A stretch of 64,000 bases of DNA from Acidimicrobiia bacterium (GCA_048595045.1 JBMDXS010000214.1:9831-73830), one strand, 5' to 3'. Counted from the first letter of the stretch, positions 1 to 9,851 are shown. A program made the numbers and translations. The notes: a model not told the origin generated them from the letters alone.

Positions 1-348
1 CCCTTGACGGGTCTGGACGGGCCGAACCTGGCCGAACTGATCCAGATGGTCGACGACGGAGCGGTGTCGAGCTCTGCCGCCAAGGAGTTGCTCGCTGGCA
101 TGATGTCGGGTGAGGGCGGTCCACGGGAGATCGCCGAGCGGCGCGACCTGCTCCAGGTGAGCGATGTGGGTCAGCTCGAAGGGGTGATCGATTCGGTGCT
201 GGCCGACAACCCTGGCGCGGTCGGCGAGTTCAGGAGTGGCGAGGAGAAGGTGGTGGGGTTCCTCGTGGGTCAGGTCATGAAGGCGACAGGGGGGAAGGCC
301 GACCCCCGCCTGGTCAATCGGTTGCTCCGGGAGAAGATGACCGGCTGA
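1..348 (+). CDS. gatB: Asp/Glu-tRNA amidotransferase subunit B, C-terminal fragment (5' end lies outside the window)
   Basis: The frame is open from the window edge to the stop at 346-348. The tail ...VGFLVGQVMKATGGKADPRLVNRLLREKM resembles the GatB/YqeY C-terminal domain. Confidence 0.7.
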   Translation, partial: PLTGLDGPNLAELIQMVDDGAVSSSAAKELLAGMMSGEGGPREIAERRDLLQVSDVGQLEGVIDSVLADNPGAVGEFRSGEEKVVGFLVGQVMKATGGKADPRLVNRLLREKMTG

Positions 349-352
349 CCCG

Positions 353-387
353 CTCGGGGGTCTGGGGGTCGCCCCCCCAGATTCGAC
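353..387 (+). repeat. Palindromic intergenic repeat, copy 1 (CTCGGGGGTCTGGGGGTCGCCCCCCCAGATTCGAC)
   Basis: Lies between gatB and pyk. The stem TCTGGGGG / CCCCCAGA flanks a short TCGC(C) loop. Near-identical copies occur at 43716-43747 and 49365-49396. Confidence 0.8.
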
Positions 388-406
388 GGTTAGCTTCGAG
401 GAAGAC

Positions 407-1840
407 ATGCAGAGGCACACCAAGATCATCGCGACGTTGGGACCTGCGGTCGGCACGGAGACCGGCGTGGCCGCCCTCGTGGACGCCGGCATCGATGTGG
501 CCCGGCTCAACTTCTCACACGGTGACCATGACTTCCATCGGTCGTTGGCCGAGTGGGTCCGGGCCGCCTCCAAGGCGTCTGGGCGCAACGTGGCCCTGAT
601 GCAAGACATCCAAGGCCCCAAGCTCCGGGTGGGCGAGTTCGCCGAGGGTGCGGTCGTCTTGCGGCCCGGGCAGCAGGTGAAGCTCGTGCCCGATGAGGCG
701 CTGGGCAACGAGACCTTGATACCGGTGGGTTACGAGCCCCTGCTCCGGGATGTGGAGCCAGGTGATCGGGTGCAGCTGGCCGACGGGCTGATTCGCTGCG
801 AGGTCGTCGAGATCACCGAGGACGGCCTGCTGGCCGACGTGAACGTCGGGGGTGTGCTCTCGGATCACAAGGGGGTCTCCTTCCCGGACAGCACGCTGAC
901 CCTCGACATCGTGACCCCCAAGGACGAGGCGGACCTCGCCTTCGGCCGCGAGCTAGGCGTCGATTACGTGGCGGCCTCCTTCGTCAGGACAGGTGACGAC
1001 ATACGCGACGTCGCCGGTCTCGCCGGGGAGGCTCCCATAGTGGCCAAGATCGAGCTGGCCCAGGCCTACGAGAACCTGGACGACATCATCGGCCCCTCAT
1101 CGGCGGTGATGGTGGCCCGAGGCGACCTCGGGGTTCAGCTCCCGTTGGAGAAGATCCCTCTGATACAGGCCGAGATCCTCAAGAAGACAAACGCCTCGGG
1201 CCGCGTCTCCATCACGGCGACCGAGATGCTCGAGTCGATGACCAAGAGCCCCCGTCCCACCCGCGCCGAGGTGACCGACGTCGCCCACGCGGTGCTGGCG
1301 GGCACCGATGCGGTCATGCTCTCCGGCGAGACCGCGGTCGGCGACTACCCGGTGCAGGCGGTGGCGGCCATGGCTTCGATCTGTGTCGCGGTGGAGGAAG
1401 GGACTCTGTCGATGCGTGACCGGCACTCGATCCCCTTCGTGGGCGATGGGAACACCGTCGCCTCGGCAGTGGCCCAGGCGGCCACCGAGATCGCCGTCAA
1501 TCTGGAGGCGGAGACAATCGTGGCATTCACCGAGACCGGGAACACCGCTCGACTCCTCTCCAAATACCGGCCCGAAGCCAGGATCGTCGCCTTCACCCCC
1601 AACGAGGTGACCCTGCGTCAAATGGCCCTCTATTGGGGGGTGAGCCCACATCATTTCGAGCGGCGCAGATACACCGACGAGGAGATCGCCTCTGCCGCGG
1701 CGATCCTCGAGAAGGAGGGCGTGGTCAGCAAGGGTGACCGGGTGGTCATGGTTGCCGGCGTGCCCCCGAACATCCAGGCCTCCACCAACCTGGTCAAGGT
1801 CCATGTGATCGGGGAACTATCTCGTGGCCTTCGCTCCTGA
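407..1840 (+). CDS. pyk: pyruvate kinase
   Basis: 477 aa. The N-terminus reads TKIIATLGPA..., followed by RLNFSHG and MVARGDLGV motifs and a C-terminal regulatory domain. Confidence 0.95.
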   Translation: MQRHTKIIATLGPAVGTETGVAALVDAGIDVARLNFSHGDHDFHRSLAEWVRAASKASGRNVALMQDIQGPKLRVGEFAEGAVVLRPGQQVKLVPDEALGNETLIPVGYEPLLRDVEPGDRVQLADGLIRCEVVEITEDGLLADVNVGGVLSDHKGVSFPDSTLTLDIVTPKDEADLAFGRELGVDYVAASFVRTGDDIRDVAGLAGEAPIVAKIELAQAYENLDDIIGPSSAVMVARGDLGVQLPLEKIPLIQAEILKKTNASGRVSITATEMLESMTKSPRPTRAEVTDVAHAVLAGTDAVMLSGETAVGDYPVQAVAAMASICVAVEEGTLSMRDRHSIPFVGDGNTVASAVAQAATEIAVNLEAETIVAFTETGNTARLLSKYRPEARIVAFTPNEVTLRQMALYWGVSPHHFERRRYTDEEIASAAAILEKEGVVSKGDRVVMVAGVPPNIQASTNLVKVHVIGELSRGLRS

Positions 1841-1857
1841 GTACGATCCCGTCCCTC

Positions 1858-2151
1858 ATGGGCCAGGCCGTCGTCGTCAACCAGGTCACGGAAGCCGGTG
1901 AGATCCTCCTGATCGACACCGATCGAAGCTTCACCGGCCAGGACGGCATGGCCATGTCGCCCGACGACCCTGGTGAGGCCGTGCCCGGGATCCTGGCCGG
2001 GAGGCTGTTCGACCTGGCTATCGGGATCGACCACGTCTACGTGCTGCAGAACACCGTGACGGTGAGGCGGCCGGGCGGGTGGGACGAGGCATCCAAGACC
2101 TCGGTCGTCTCCGTCGTGGAGGGGTTCCTGCTCTTCTACACCGAGGTATGA
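1858..2151 (+). CDS. NifU/Nfu N-terminal-domain-like small protein
   Basis: 97 aa. The pattern ...ILAGRLFDLAIGIDHVYVLQNTVTVRRPGGWDE... resembles the Nfu_N scaffold domain. No clear RBS is present. Confidence 0.45.
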   Translation: MGQAVVVNQVTEAGEILLIDTDRSFTGQDGMAMSPDDPGEAVPGILAGRLFDLAIGIDHVYVLQNTVTVRRPGGWDEASKTSVVSVVEGFLLFYTEV

Positions 2152-2171
2152 CCCGTCTCTTCCCGGTCGGC

Positions 2172-4145
2172 TCAGGAGGTTGGTGAGGTCGTCCCGGGGG
2201 GAGCCGTGGTCGGTGGGGTCGTCCCCGGGGGGGCCGTGGTGGGCAACGTGGTGGGCGGCACCGTCGTTGGCGGGATGGTCGTAGTGGTGGGACAAGCGGT
2301 CGATGTGCCGGGCACCATGCACGGATGTACCTCGAAGACAGCGAACCTGGGGGCGTAGCGAACGGTCCATTCCTGGAGGTCGACCACATTGTTCTCGTCG
2401 CCTCCGAGCAGGATCCGCCGGGTCACCGTCACGCTCCAGCCGCCAAGCTCGGTCTGGGTCTGATTTTGCTGGTTGACACCGAACTCGGGGTTCGGCTCGT
2501 AGCGAGGCTCAGGTGGGTCGGTGAGGGCGAAACGGTCCGAGACGTCACCTTTGACGTGGAGTGCGTTGGGACCCCCTTCGGCGTCGACCCACGCCCGGCT
2601 CCGCCCGTCCGATTGCTCGCCCTTCAACGTGCGACCGTCGTTCTCGCCGAAGATACGGACGGTGATCGAGGTGTCGGTGTAGGTGGTATCGATCAAGATC
2701 CCGTATTCGGTGTTGTTGCGGAACTTGAGATCGGGGCTGCGCCAGTTCAGCGTGGCCTCGACCCCCTCCGGATATCGCGGGAAGTAGTAGGAGTGGGGCT
2801 TGTGCTCGACGTCCTCATAACCACCCCAGAACACCGCGTTGTAGAGCGTGGTGGTGAACTGGCTGACTCCACCGCCGACGGTGTCTTCGACCTCTCCGGC
2901 GATGATGGTCCCCGCGGGCAGATACCCGTCCTCCACCGTGCGCGGGCCGACGTGGTCGTTGAGACTGAAGGTCTGGCCTGCCGGGACGATGGCGCCGTCC
3001 ACCTCATCGGCGATGCGGTGGATGTTGACCACCCGGTCCTGGCAGCAGTCGTAATAGGTGGTGAATTGCGCGACAAGATGGTTGATGTTGAGGGCCTCCA
3101 GGTCCTCGGTGGTCACCTCGGGGGCGGCGGCTTCGACGAAGGGCAAAACGCCCTCGCGACCGCCGGTCAACGCTGCGTTTGCCATGCGCGACGCCGTCTC
3201 CGCCTCGTCGATCCGCGTGCCGCTGCTGCCGGGGACTATCGAGATGCTGTCGCCCTCGATTTCGAAGAAGGCATCTACCGGCTCGGCCTCCACCTGATCC
3301 CGGATGGCGTTCAGATAGCCATCGACGACCGCCGGGTCGAATGAATTGACGATGCGAGGCCGGCTCTCGGTGATCGTCTCCGACCGAAAGGCCTCGAGTA
3401 GCTGATCGACCGTGAAGACGACCTCGAAATCCTCGCTCACCAGGCGAATCGGCTCGGCCAACATCGCCTCGGCCTGGTCGACGGCCGCGTCTACGTCCTC
3501 ATTGGTCAGCACGGGCACGATCGTCGTGGTGGGGATGGATGTGGAGTCCGGCGCAAGGGCGAGGAGAGTCGCCTCGACCACGGCACGGGCCGCGGCGCGG
3601 TCGACCCCGGTCCCAACCATGGGGTAGTCCGGGGTGGGGACACCGTCGACGAGGCTGACGCCGCCCGGGCTGGAAGGCAGGGCGATCACTTCGGAATCCC
3701 AGGTATCGAAGACGGCTTCGATGGCGACGTCATCGACCGCCCCTCGAACCGGGACCCGCACGGTGTCGAAGATGTGGCTGATCCACCATGCGAACTCGGA
3801 GAAAGGATTGCCGTCGCGCCCCACCAGCAGGGCCTCGTCGGCTATCGCCTGTTCGTCGATCTCCAGCCCGGCCTCCGAGGGCTGGATACTGGCGAACTTG
3901 CCGTCGACGTTGAAGACGGCCGGACGCGCCAGATAGGCATCCTCCACGGCGAGGAGGGCGCTCAGAGCCTGTTCCAGGTCCAGTCCGCCGATCTGGGTGC
4001 CGGCCACCTCGACGCGTCCCATCACCTCACCTCGTGAGGCGAGCCGGGTCAAGCCGTACGCAGACAAGATGAGCAGGACGATCCCGGCAACACCCGTCAC
4101 GAGCGCGCCAAGCGGGGTCCTGATCCAGGAGAGATATCTATTCAT
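2172..4145 (-). CDS. VanW-domain protein with N-terminal membrane anchor and C-terminal Pro/Thr-rich tail
   Basis: 657 aa. There is a TM helix near the N-terminus. The VanW-like core reads GQTFSLNDHVGPRT..GY..AG..GGGVSQFTTTLYNA.F..G....H.PHS.Y. The tail is TTTTIPPTTVPPTTLPTTAPPGTTPPTTAPPGTT. Confidence 0.85.
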   Translation of the reverse strand: MNRYLSWIRTPLGALVTGVAGIVLLILSAYGLTRLASRGEVMGRVEVAGTQIGGLDLEQALSALLAVEDAYLARPAVFNVDGKFASIQPSEAGLEIDEQAIADEALLVGRDGNPFSEFAWWISHIFDTVRVPVRGAVDDVAIEAVFDTWDSEVIALPSSPGGVSLVDGVPTPDYPMVGTGVDRAAARAVVEATLLALAPDSTSIPTTTIVPVLTNEDVDAAVDQAEAMLAEPIRLVSEDFEVVFTVDQLLEAFRSETITESRPRIVNSFDPAVVDGYLNAIRDQVEAEPVDAFFEIEGDSISIVPGSSGTRIDEAETASRMANAALTGGREGVLPFVEAAAPEVTTEDLEALNINHLVAQFTTYYDCCQDRVVNIHRIADEVDGAIVPAGQTFSLNDHVGPRTVEDGYLPAGTIIAGEVEDTVGGGVSQFTTTLYNAVFWGGYEDVEHKPHSYYFPRYPEGVEATLNWRSPDLKFRNNTEYGILIDTTYTDTSITVRIFGENDGRTLKGEQSDGRSRAWVDAEGGPNALHVKGDVSDRFALTDPPEPRYEPNPEFGVNQQNQTQTELGGWSVTVTRRILLGGDENNVVDLQEWTVRYAPRFAVFEVHPCMVPGTSTACPTTTTIPPTTVPPTTLPTTAPPGTTPPTTAPPGTTSPTS

Positions 4146-4244
4146 GGAGAGGCCGCCGAGAATCGACCTAGCGCCCGATCGGATGCTACCGAAAGGGATT
4201 TCGTAACCGGAAAGCGTCCCAGGGACGGTCTAGCCTCGACAGCA

Positions 4245-5018
4245 GTGGCGATCCGCTTCCCGGAGATGGCGCCCGGCGACGCCATACGCATCTCGGCGAG
4301 CACCTATGTGACCTATCAGCAGTGCCCGGCTCGGGCCGGGGCGCGCCTCCAAGGGGTCTACGGGCCCGACACGCGGCCGGCCTTCCTCGGTGGGCTGGCG
4401 CACCGGATCTTCAGTCGTCATCTCACGTCGGGCCCGATCCCATCCGATCAGTTCGTTCAAGCATGCCGGGAGGAGATCGGGGGGTCTGCGCTGAACAACA
4501 AGCTGGGAGGCCTCGAGCTGCGCCCCTCCGCCCTGGCCGCCGCGATCGAGGAGGTGCGAGGGCTGTACGAGCGTTTCGTCACCCTTCCCAGAGAGGGCTT
4601 CGAGGGATCGGAGCAGACGATCGATGCCACGGTCGGGGCGGGGGTAGACCTGGTGGGAACGGTCGATGCCGTCTACCGGGAGGATCTCGGCGGCCACCGC
4701 CTGGTCGACTGGAAGACCGGGGAGCTCGGTGACCCCGAAGGCCAGCTTCTCTTCTATGCCCTGTTGTGGATGCTCGATCGGAGCGAAGTGCCGGCCTATG
4801 TCGAGGCGGTGTCGGTCCGAACGGGTGAGCGGTATCGAGCCGTCCCCACCGCGGCGGAGGTCGAGGGGGTCGCAGCCGAGATCGCCGGGATGGTCGACGC
4901 CATCCGGGCCTCCTGGGCCTCGGGCGACGACCTGGTCAGGAGGGGAGGTCCCTGGTGCCGCAGCTGCCCTTTGCTCGACGGGTGCCAGGAGGGCACGGCC
5001 GCCACGAAGCTGCTCTGA
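4245..5018 (+). CDS. PD-(D/E)XK nuclease, Cas4/RecB-like, with Cys cluster
   Basis: 257 aa. It has an N-terminal Cys (YQQCPARA), D...VDWK and QLLFYALL motifs, and a C-terminal CRSCPLLDGC. This is the Cas4/AddB-type 4-Cys arrangement. Confidence 0.7.
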   Translation: MAIRFPEMAPGDAIRISASTYVTYQQCPARAGARLQGVYGPDTRPAFLGGLAHRIFSRHLTSGPIPSDQFVQACREEIGGSALNNKLGGLELRPSALAAAIEEVRGLYERFVTLPREGFEGSEQTIDATVGAGVDLVGTVDAVYREDLGGHRLVDWKTGELGDPEGQLLFYALLWMLDRSEVPAYVEAVSVRTGERYRAVPTAAEVEGVAAEIAGMVDAIRASWASGDDLVRRGGPWCRSCPLLDGCQEGTAATKLL

Positions 5019-5051
5019 GCCGAGTTTCGAGCACCGCCACGCTCGAGTGAG

Positions 5052-5600
5052 TCAGCCGTCCAGCGTCGCCAGCAGCCTGGTGACCGTGTTCCAGTTGCGG
5101 GCCGTGCCCGCGACGCCGAGCTGTTTCTCGAAGTAGGCCAGGTCGAGCTTGGAACGACCGGATCCCCCCGGGTAATGGACATAGATCTCACGACCCGACA
5201 CCTCGAACCGGTCCGATGGCGAGCGGTTGGGGTCGAGACGGGCTACCCGGTCGTCCGACGGCTCGGATTCGAGGAACACGACATGCAGCAGCCTGGGCTC
5301 GACGTCGGGACCATCGAACGGATTCCCCTTCGTCACCTTGGCAAGCTCGTCCCTGGTCCTGACGATCACCCGCACTTTCACCCCGAGCCCGTCCTCGATC
5401 AGCTCTTCGATCGTCCCGCTCAGCTTCACGGCCCCCCCTGCGATGGGCGTCACGATCACGTTCCCGCTCTGCAGGAAGGTGCGCACCCCCTCCAGGCCGC
5501 CGTCCTCGAGCATGGCCCTCAGCTCGCCCATGGGCACCTTGACCCCACCGACGTTCACGCCACGCAAGAAGGCAGCCACCGGTGCGCGGGACTCAGGCAT
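5052..5600 (-). CDS. DUF1697 family protein
   Basis: The track ORF 5052..5723 was trimmed to the internal ATG at 5600. The product starts MPESRAPVAAFLRGVNVGG.KV.M.ELR, a typical DUF1697 N-terminus, and overlaps the upstream gene end by 8 nt. Confidence 0.75.
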   Translation of the reverse strand: MPESRAPVAAFLRGVNVGGVKVPMGELRAMLEDGGLEGVRTFLQSGNVIVTPIAGGAVKLSGTIEELIEDGLGVKVRVIVRTRDELAKVTKGNPFDGPDVEPRLLHVVFLESEPSDDRVARLDPNRSPSDRFEVSGREIYVHYPGGSGRSKLDLAYFEKQLGVAGTARNWNTVTRLLATLDG

Positions 5601-6474
5601 CCAACTCCGAGAGGTAGTGGGCCGATCCCGCCCCGCGCGGCGCCCGGACACCGCGGTGCTCCCAGTCGCCTCCCAGTGCCGTCGAGACGACCTCCTCCGA
5701 CTCGCTGGGCTGGGCGCCCACATCGGCTCGGATCGCCTCGGGGCCTTCGACGATGACGTTGGTCAGCTCGCCAAGGCCCTCCACCGCCACGGTGACGACA
5801 TCGCCGGGATCGACGGGCCGTGACCCGGCCGGGGTGCCGCTCAGGATCACGTCGCCGGGGAGCAGAGTGATGGTGCGTGCGATGTCCGCGACCAGATAGG
5901 GCATGTCCCATTCCATCTCGTCGGTGCTCCCGTGCTGGCGAATCTCGTCGTTCACCATCGTCGTGATCGTCTTGCCCCGGAAATCCCAGTCGGTGACGAG
6001 ACCCGGGCCGATGGGGCACAGGGTGTCGGATCCTTTGACCCTCAGCATCGAGCCCGCATCGGTGTCACGGAAGTCGTGTAGCCCGAAGTCGTTGGCGATC
6101 GTGTACCCGGCGATGTGTGCCTCCGCATCCTCCGGGGCCACGTTCCGGCATCTGGAGCCGATGACGATGGCGATCTCTCCCTCGAAGTTGAGGTAGCGAC
6201 AGCGCGGTGGACGCACCACCTCCCCACCGTGTGAGTTGAGCGCCGTGGTCGGCTTGTGGAAATAGGTGGGGGCGGGGGGGAGCACGGTCATGAACTCCTC
6301 CACCCGGCTCCGGTAGTTGAGATGGACGGCGATGATCTTGCTCGGCTCGACCGGGGGGAGATGGGCGGCGTCCCGGGCCGGGATCCGGCGCCCATCATCG
6401 GTGACGAGATCCTCACCGTCCAGTCTGGCGCCGGTGGGCTCCCCGTCGAGGAGAATCCGTCGCAGGTCGGCCAT
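5593..6474 (-). CDS. fumarylacetoacetate hydrolase (FAH) family hydratase/decarboxylase/isomerase
   Basis: FAH-fold motifs are present: IIAVHLNYRS, FHKPTTAL, LNFEGEIAIVIG, GYTIANDF and GDVILSGTPAG. The start was set at the MADLRR ATG (6474). Confidence 0.85.
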   Translation of the reverse strand: MADLRRILLDGEPTGARLDGEDLVTDDGRRIPARDAAHLPPVEPSKIIAVHLNYRSRVEEFMTVLPPAPTYFHKPTTALNSHGGEVVRPPRCRYLNFEGEIAIVIGSRCRNVAPEDAEAHIAGYTIANDFGLHDFRDTDAGSMLRVKGSDTLCPIGPGLVTDWDFRGKTITTMVNDEIRQHGSTDEMEWDMPYLVADIARTITLLPGDVILSGTPAGSRPVDPGDVVTVAVEGLGELTNVIVEGPEAIRADVGAQPSESEEVVSTALGGDWEHRGVRAPRGAGSAHYLSELDA

Positions 6475-6508
6475 GGCGGGCAACGGTACCGCGGCACATG
6501 CTGCGAAC

Positions 6509-7783
6509 ATGGAGGCGATGTCCGTCGGGACACTTCACGATGACCGTGGCGAGGAGTACGCCGACCTCACCTCCCATGACACGTTCGTTCGGGCGGTGCC
6601 CCATGCCACGTTCACCCGCATGCGTCGTGAAGAGCCGGTGGCGTGGGTGGAGGAGGGTGATGGGGACGGGTTCTGGGCCTTGACCAAACACGCCGACATC
6701 GCGGCGGTGAGCCGCGATTACGTTCGATTCACAGCCTCCCGCGGGATAAGGATCGAGCAGATGGCGCCGGACGAGCTCGAGGCACGTCGCACCATGATGG
6801 AGTTCGACCCCCCCGAGCACGCCCGTCTCCGACGTCTGGTCCAGCCCGGCTTCACCCCAAAGGTGATCGCCACCTACGAGTCGGCCTTCAGGCTCCTGGC
6901 CGGGCATGTCCTCGATGCGGCCCTTCCCCAGGGGGAGCTCGACTTCGTCACCGAGATCTCACGTGAGCTCCCCATCAGGCTGCTCTGCCGTCTCCTTGGT
7001 GTGCCCGAGTCCGACGCCGGTCTCCTTGTCACCTGGGGCGACCAGATGATCTCCAACGCCGATCCCGAGTACACGCCGGTGGTGATCGACAAGATGGACA
7101 CCGAGGAGTACCGGCTGTTGCCTTTCAGGTCACCCGCCGCTCTCGAGGTCTTTCGCTACGCAGAGGAGGTGGCGGCGGAGCGCCGTCGCAACCCGGAGGA
7201 CGACATCATCACGACCCTCCTCACCGCGGAGCCCGACGGTCAGCCGCTGACCGACCTGGAGTTCAAGAACTTCTTCACCCTGATGATGGTCGCCGGCAAC
7301 GAGACCACGAGACACACCATCAGCCACGGTCTCATCTATCTGCTCGACAATCCGAACCAGATGGACCAGCTCCGGGACGACCCGGCCGCCCTCTCGGTTG
7401 GGGCGACAGAGGAGATCCTGCGGTCGTCGTCGGTGACAATGCACTTTCGACGCACTGCCACCGAGCCCGTGGAGATGAGGGGAAAGACGATCCAACCGGG
7501 GGACCGGGTGGTCATGTGGTACCCGTCGGCCAACCATGACGAGGAGGTGTTCGAGCGCCCCTTCGAGTTCGACATTCGGCGCCGGCCCAATGACCACCTC
7601 ACGTTCGGTACGGGCCGGCATGTCTGCCTGGGGGCATCCCTGGCCCGCCTGGAGGTGCGGGTCGTGTTCGAAGAGCTCCTCAAGCGGGTGGCGGCGATCG
7701 AGATAACGGGCAGGCCCGACCGTCTCCGCTCCAACTTCATCAACGGGATAAAGCACCTCCCGATCCGCGTGACCCTGGCCTGA
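6509..7783 (+). CDS. cytochrome P450
   Basis: It has the I-helix MMVAGNETT, the EEILR (ExxR) motif and the heme loop FGTGRHVCLGASLA. The start was trimmed to the ATG at 6509, divergent from the FAH gene. Confidence 0.9.
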   Translation: MEAMSVGTLHDDRGEEYADLTSHDTFVRAVPHATFTRMRREEPVAWVEEGDGDGFWALTKHADIAAVSRDYVRFTASRGIRIEQMAPDELEARRTMMEFDPPEHARLRRLVQPGFTPKVIATYESAFRLLAGHVLDAALPQGELDFVTEISRELPIRLLCRLLGVPESDAGLLVTWGDQMISNADPEYTPVVIDKMDTEEYRLLPFRSPAALEVFRYAEEVAAERRRNPEDDIITTLLTAEPDGQPLTDLEFKNFFTLMMVAGNETTRHTISHGLIYLLDNPNQMDQLRDDPAALSVGATEEILRSSSVTMHFRRTATEPVEMRGKTIQPGDRVVMWYPSANHDEEVFERPFEFDIRRRPNDHLTFGTGRHVCLGASLARLEVRVVFEELLKRVAAIEITGRPDRLRSNFINGIKHLPIRVTLA

Positions 7784-7793
7784 CTGCGCCGGT

Positions 7794-8501
7794 TCAGAGG
7801 TGGGTGAGCAACATCCCGACGGCCAGGGTGACGGTCGTCCAGGTGAGCAGGCGTAGAGGCCTCTCCCATGTGTCGAGCAGCCGGCGACGGTCCCAGGCCC
7901 GGTCTCCGTCGAACACAACCGACGCCTCCTCGGTCTTGCGTCTCAAGAAACGGGCCGGAGTGCTGAGAGCGCGCTGGGAGAGACTGAGCAGGCACGCCAT
8001 GGCGGCCATGACCGCCACGGGCAGGGTCAACGTCTGGGTCTGTGCCCAGAAGCCGACGATGAGCGGGAATGACCCCCAGGCGAGCCCGAATCCGAGATCG
8101 GTGTGGAGGATTGGCCACTCCAGGGCATAACCGACTGCGATGACGATCCCCGCCACCGCCCAGAGAGGCACCCAAGGCGAGATCACGAAGGCGCCAACCA
8201 GTGAGATGGCCAGCGTCACGGCCATTGCACCGATCCCAATCGACCAGAGGGCGCGGTCGGAGAGCCGTGTGCCCAGGGGGCGGCCCTTGACCTCGTCGAG
8301 TGAGTGGGCACCGACACCAAGCCCGATGGCGAACGCAGAAACGGTCCCGCTCAGAACGAGCCAGTTCATCCTGGGGGCGAGGGCGGCCCCTATCGGGACG
8401 TAGGAGAGGTGCCAGAGGGTGTAAGGAACGTGCAGAAGAGAGACAACGTCGCCGGTGACGGAGCCAGTTGGGGCGTAGAAGGCGGGGCGGTGGTCGCTCA
8501 T
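7794..8501 (-). CDS. integral membrane protein, function unknown
   Basis: This 235-aa part of the 582-aa track ORF starts at MSDHRPAF. It has about 6-7 hydrophobic helices. Its ATG overlaps the stop of the upstream methyltransferase (ATGA at 8498-8501). Confidence 0.6.
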   Translation of the reverse strand: MSDHRPAFYAPTGSVTGDVVSLLHVPYTLWHLSYVPIGAALAPRMNWLVLSGTVSAFAIGLGVGAHSLDEVKGRPLGTRLSDRALWSIGIGAMAVTLAISLVGAFVISPWVPLWAVAGIVIAVGYALEWPILHTDLGFGLAWGSFPLIVGFWAQTQTLTLPVAVMAAMACLLSLSQRALSTPARFLRRKTEEASVVFDGDRAWDRRRLLDTWERPLRLLTWTTVTLAVGMLLTHL

Positions 8502-9238
8502 CGGGTCCCCGAGGATGCACCTGCCTCCTTCAGACCCCACATCACCAAACCGCCGCCGAGGGAGAGCCGAGTGAATCCGACCCTGTGCAAACCGGCGTCC
8601 TCCCAGATCCGGGCCAAGCGGCCCGGCGGGAATCGGCCGGCGAATTCTTCGATGTTGGGGCCGAGGAAGCGGCCCACCTCGGGCCATCCCTCTCCGGCGA
8701 CGAGCCCGGCTGTCGGGAGCACCACACGGGTGTAGAGACGCCACAAGGGGAGCCAGGCCCCTGCGGGGCGCCCGAACTCGACCATGCCGACCCTGCCCCC
8801 TGGCCGCACCACCCTGCTCAACTCCGACATGGCCCCCGCCACGTCCTCGACATACCGCAACAGGTAGCCGAAGGTGACGACATCGAACTGTCCGTCGGCG
8901 AAAGGCAGCCGCTCCGCCGTGGCGATGACCCCGACAGCACCTCTCGCCACTGCCGGGACCAGCATCTGATGGCTCTGATCGAGGGAGATGACGTCGGCTC
9001 CCCGATCCTGGAGGAGCCGGGTTATCGACCCGGTCCCGGCGGCTACGTCCAGGGCCACTTGACCTGGCTCGATGGCGAGCCGGGTGACCATCTGAGACCG
9101 CCATCGCTTGTCCTGGCCCATGCTCAAGACCCCGGCCCAACGCTCGTACCCCGGAGCCAGTGGGGCGAAGAGGTCGCGAGCGATGCGGGTGGGGGATCCG
9201 GTCACCGAGAGGACGGTACCGGACACCTCGTCCTGCAA
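8498..9238 (-). CDS. class I SAM-dependent methyltransferase, UbiE/MenG (COQ5) family-like
   Basis: 246 aa. It has the SAM motif LDVAAGTGS, the N-terminal pattern F..LA..YERW..VLSMGQDKRWR, and PGGRVGMVEF. Confidence 0.8.
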   Translation of the reverse strand: MQDEVSGTVLSVTGSPTRIARDLFAPLAPGYERWAGVLSMGQDKRWRSQMVTRLAIEPGQVALDVAAGTGSITRLLQDRGADVISLDQSHQMLVPAVARGAVGVIATAERLPFADGQFDVVTFGYLLRYVEDVAGAMSELSRVVRPGGRVGMVEFGRPAGAWLPLWRLYTRVVLPTAGLVAGEGWPEVGRFLGPNIEEFAGRFPPGRLARIWEDAGLHRVGFTRLSLGGGLVMWGLKEAGASSGTR

Positions 9239-9314
9239 CCGGCCTGACCCGGCACCACCTTCGTTTCACCGGTCGACGGATCGGGTAACCGACGACTCGA
9301 CCAGGAGGTGAGAT

Positions 9315-9734
9315 GTGCAAACCATCGAACAAGTGATGACCAGGGACCCGGTGACGGTGGATGAAGGGTCGCCGGTAGCGGAGGCCGCGCGGCTGATGAG
9401 GGAAGCCAACATCGGTGATGTATTGGTCAGTCGGCCCGACGGGAGTGTTTGTGGGATCGTGACCGATCGCGATCTCGCCCTCAACGTCGTGGCCGAGGGG
9501 GCCGATCCCAACAGCATGACCGTGCGGGACGTCTGCAGTCATGTCATCGAATCCGTCGGGTCTGGTGATCCGGTGGGCAAGGCAGTGAGCAAGATGCGTG
9601 AGAGCGCGATACGTCGACTCCCTGTCATCGATGACGGGAAACTCGTCGGAATCGTGACTCTGGGCGATCTGGCCATCGAGCGCGATCCCGAATCGGCTCT
9701 GGCCGACATCAGCGAGGCACCGCCGAACAACTGA
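9315..9734 (+). CDS. CBS domain pair protein
   Basis: 139 aa with two CBS repeats (...IGDVLVS...GIVTDRDL... and ...IRRLPVIDDGKLVGIVTLGDL). It has a GTG start with an AGGAGG about 8 nt upstream. Confidence 0.85.
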   Translation: MQTIEQVMTRDPVTVDEGSPVAEAARLMREANIGDVLVSRPDGSVCGIVTDRDLALNVVAEGADPNSMTVRDVCSHVIESVGSGDPVGKAVSKMRESAIRRLPVIDDGKLVGIVTLGDLAIERDPESALADISEAPPNN

Positions 9735-9851
9735 TCTCGAGCCCGGCCGTCAGGGCCCGGGTTTCACAGACCGCCGGGTGCGTCCGGATGGCGACAGGTT
9801 CGGAGGCCCCGGCGGCCGAAGGCTGAACTGGGATGGGGGCAGACCGGTTGG

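Noticed and set aside
2172-2290. Direct DNA repeats at the 3' end of the VanW gene as a mobile or satellite repeat
   Set aside because: They encode the Pro/Thr-rich tail (APPGTTPPTT twice). This is a low-complexity linker-type coding repeat rather than an independent element.
4245-5018. Cas4-like nuclease as evidence of a CRISPR-Cas locus
   Set aside because: There is no repeat-spacer array and no other cas genes anywhere in the 64 kb. It is treated as a stand-alone PD-(D/E)XK nuclease.
7794-9542. 582-aa minus-strand ORF that looks like one large gene
   Set aside because: Only its last 235 codons (from the ATG at 8501) form a coherent membrane protein. The upstream part is Arg/Gly/Pro-rich shadow sequence that overlaps, in another frame, a well-supported methyltransferase (8498-9238) and runs antisense to the CBS gene.
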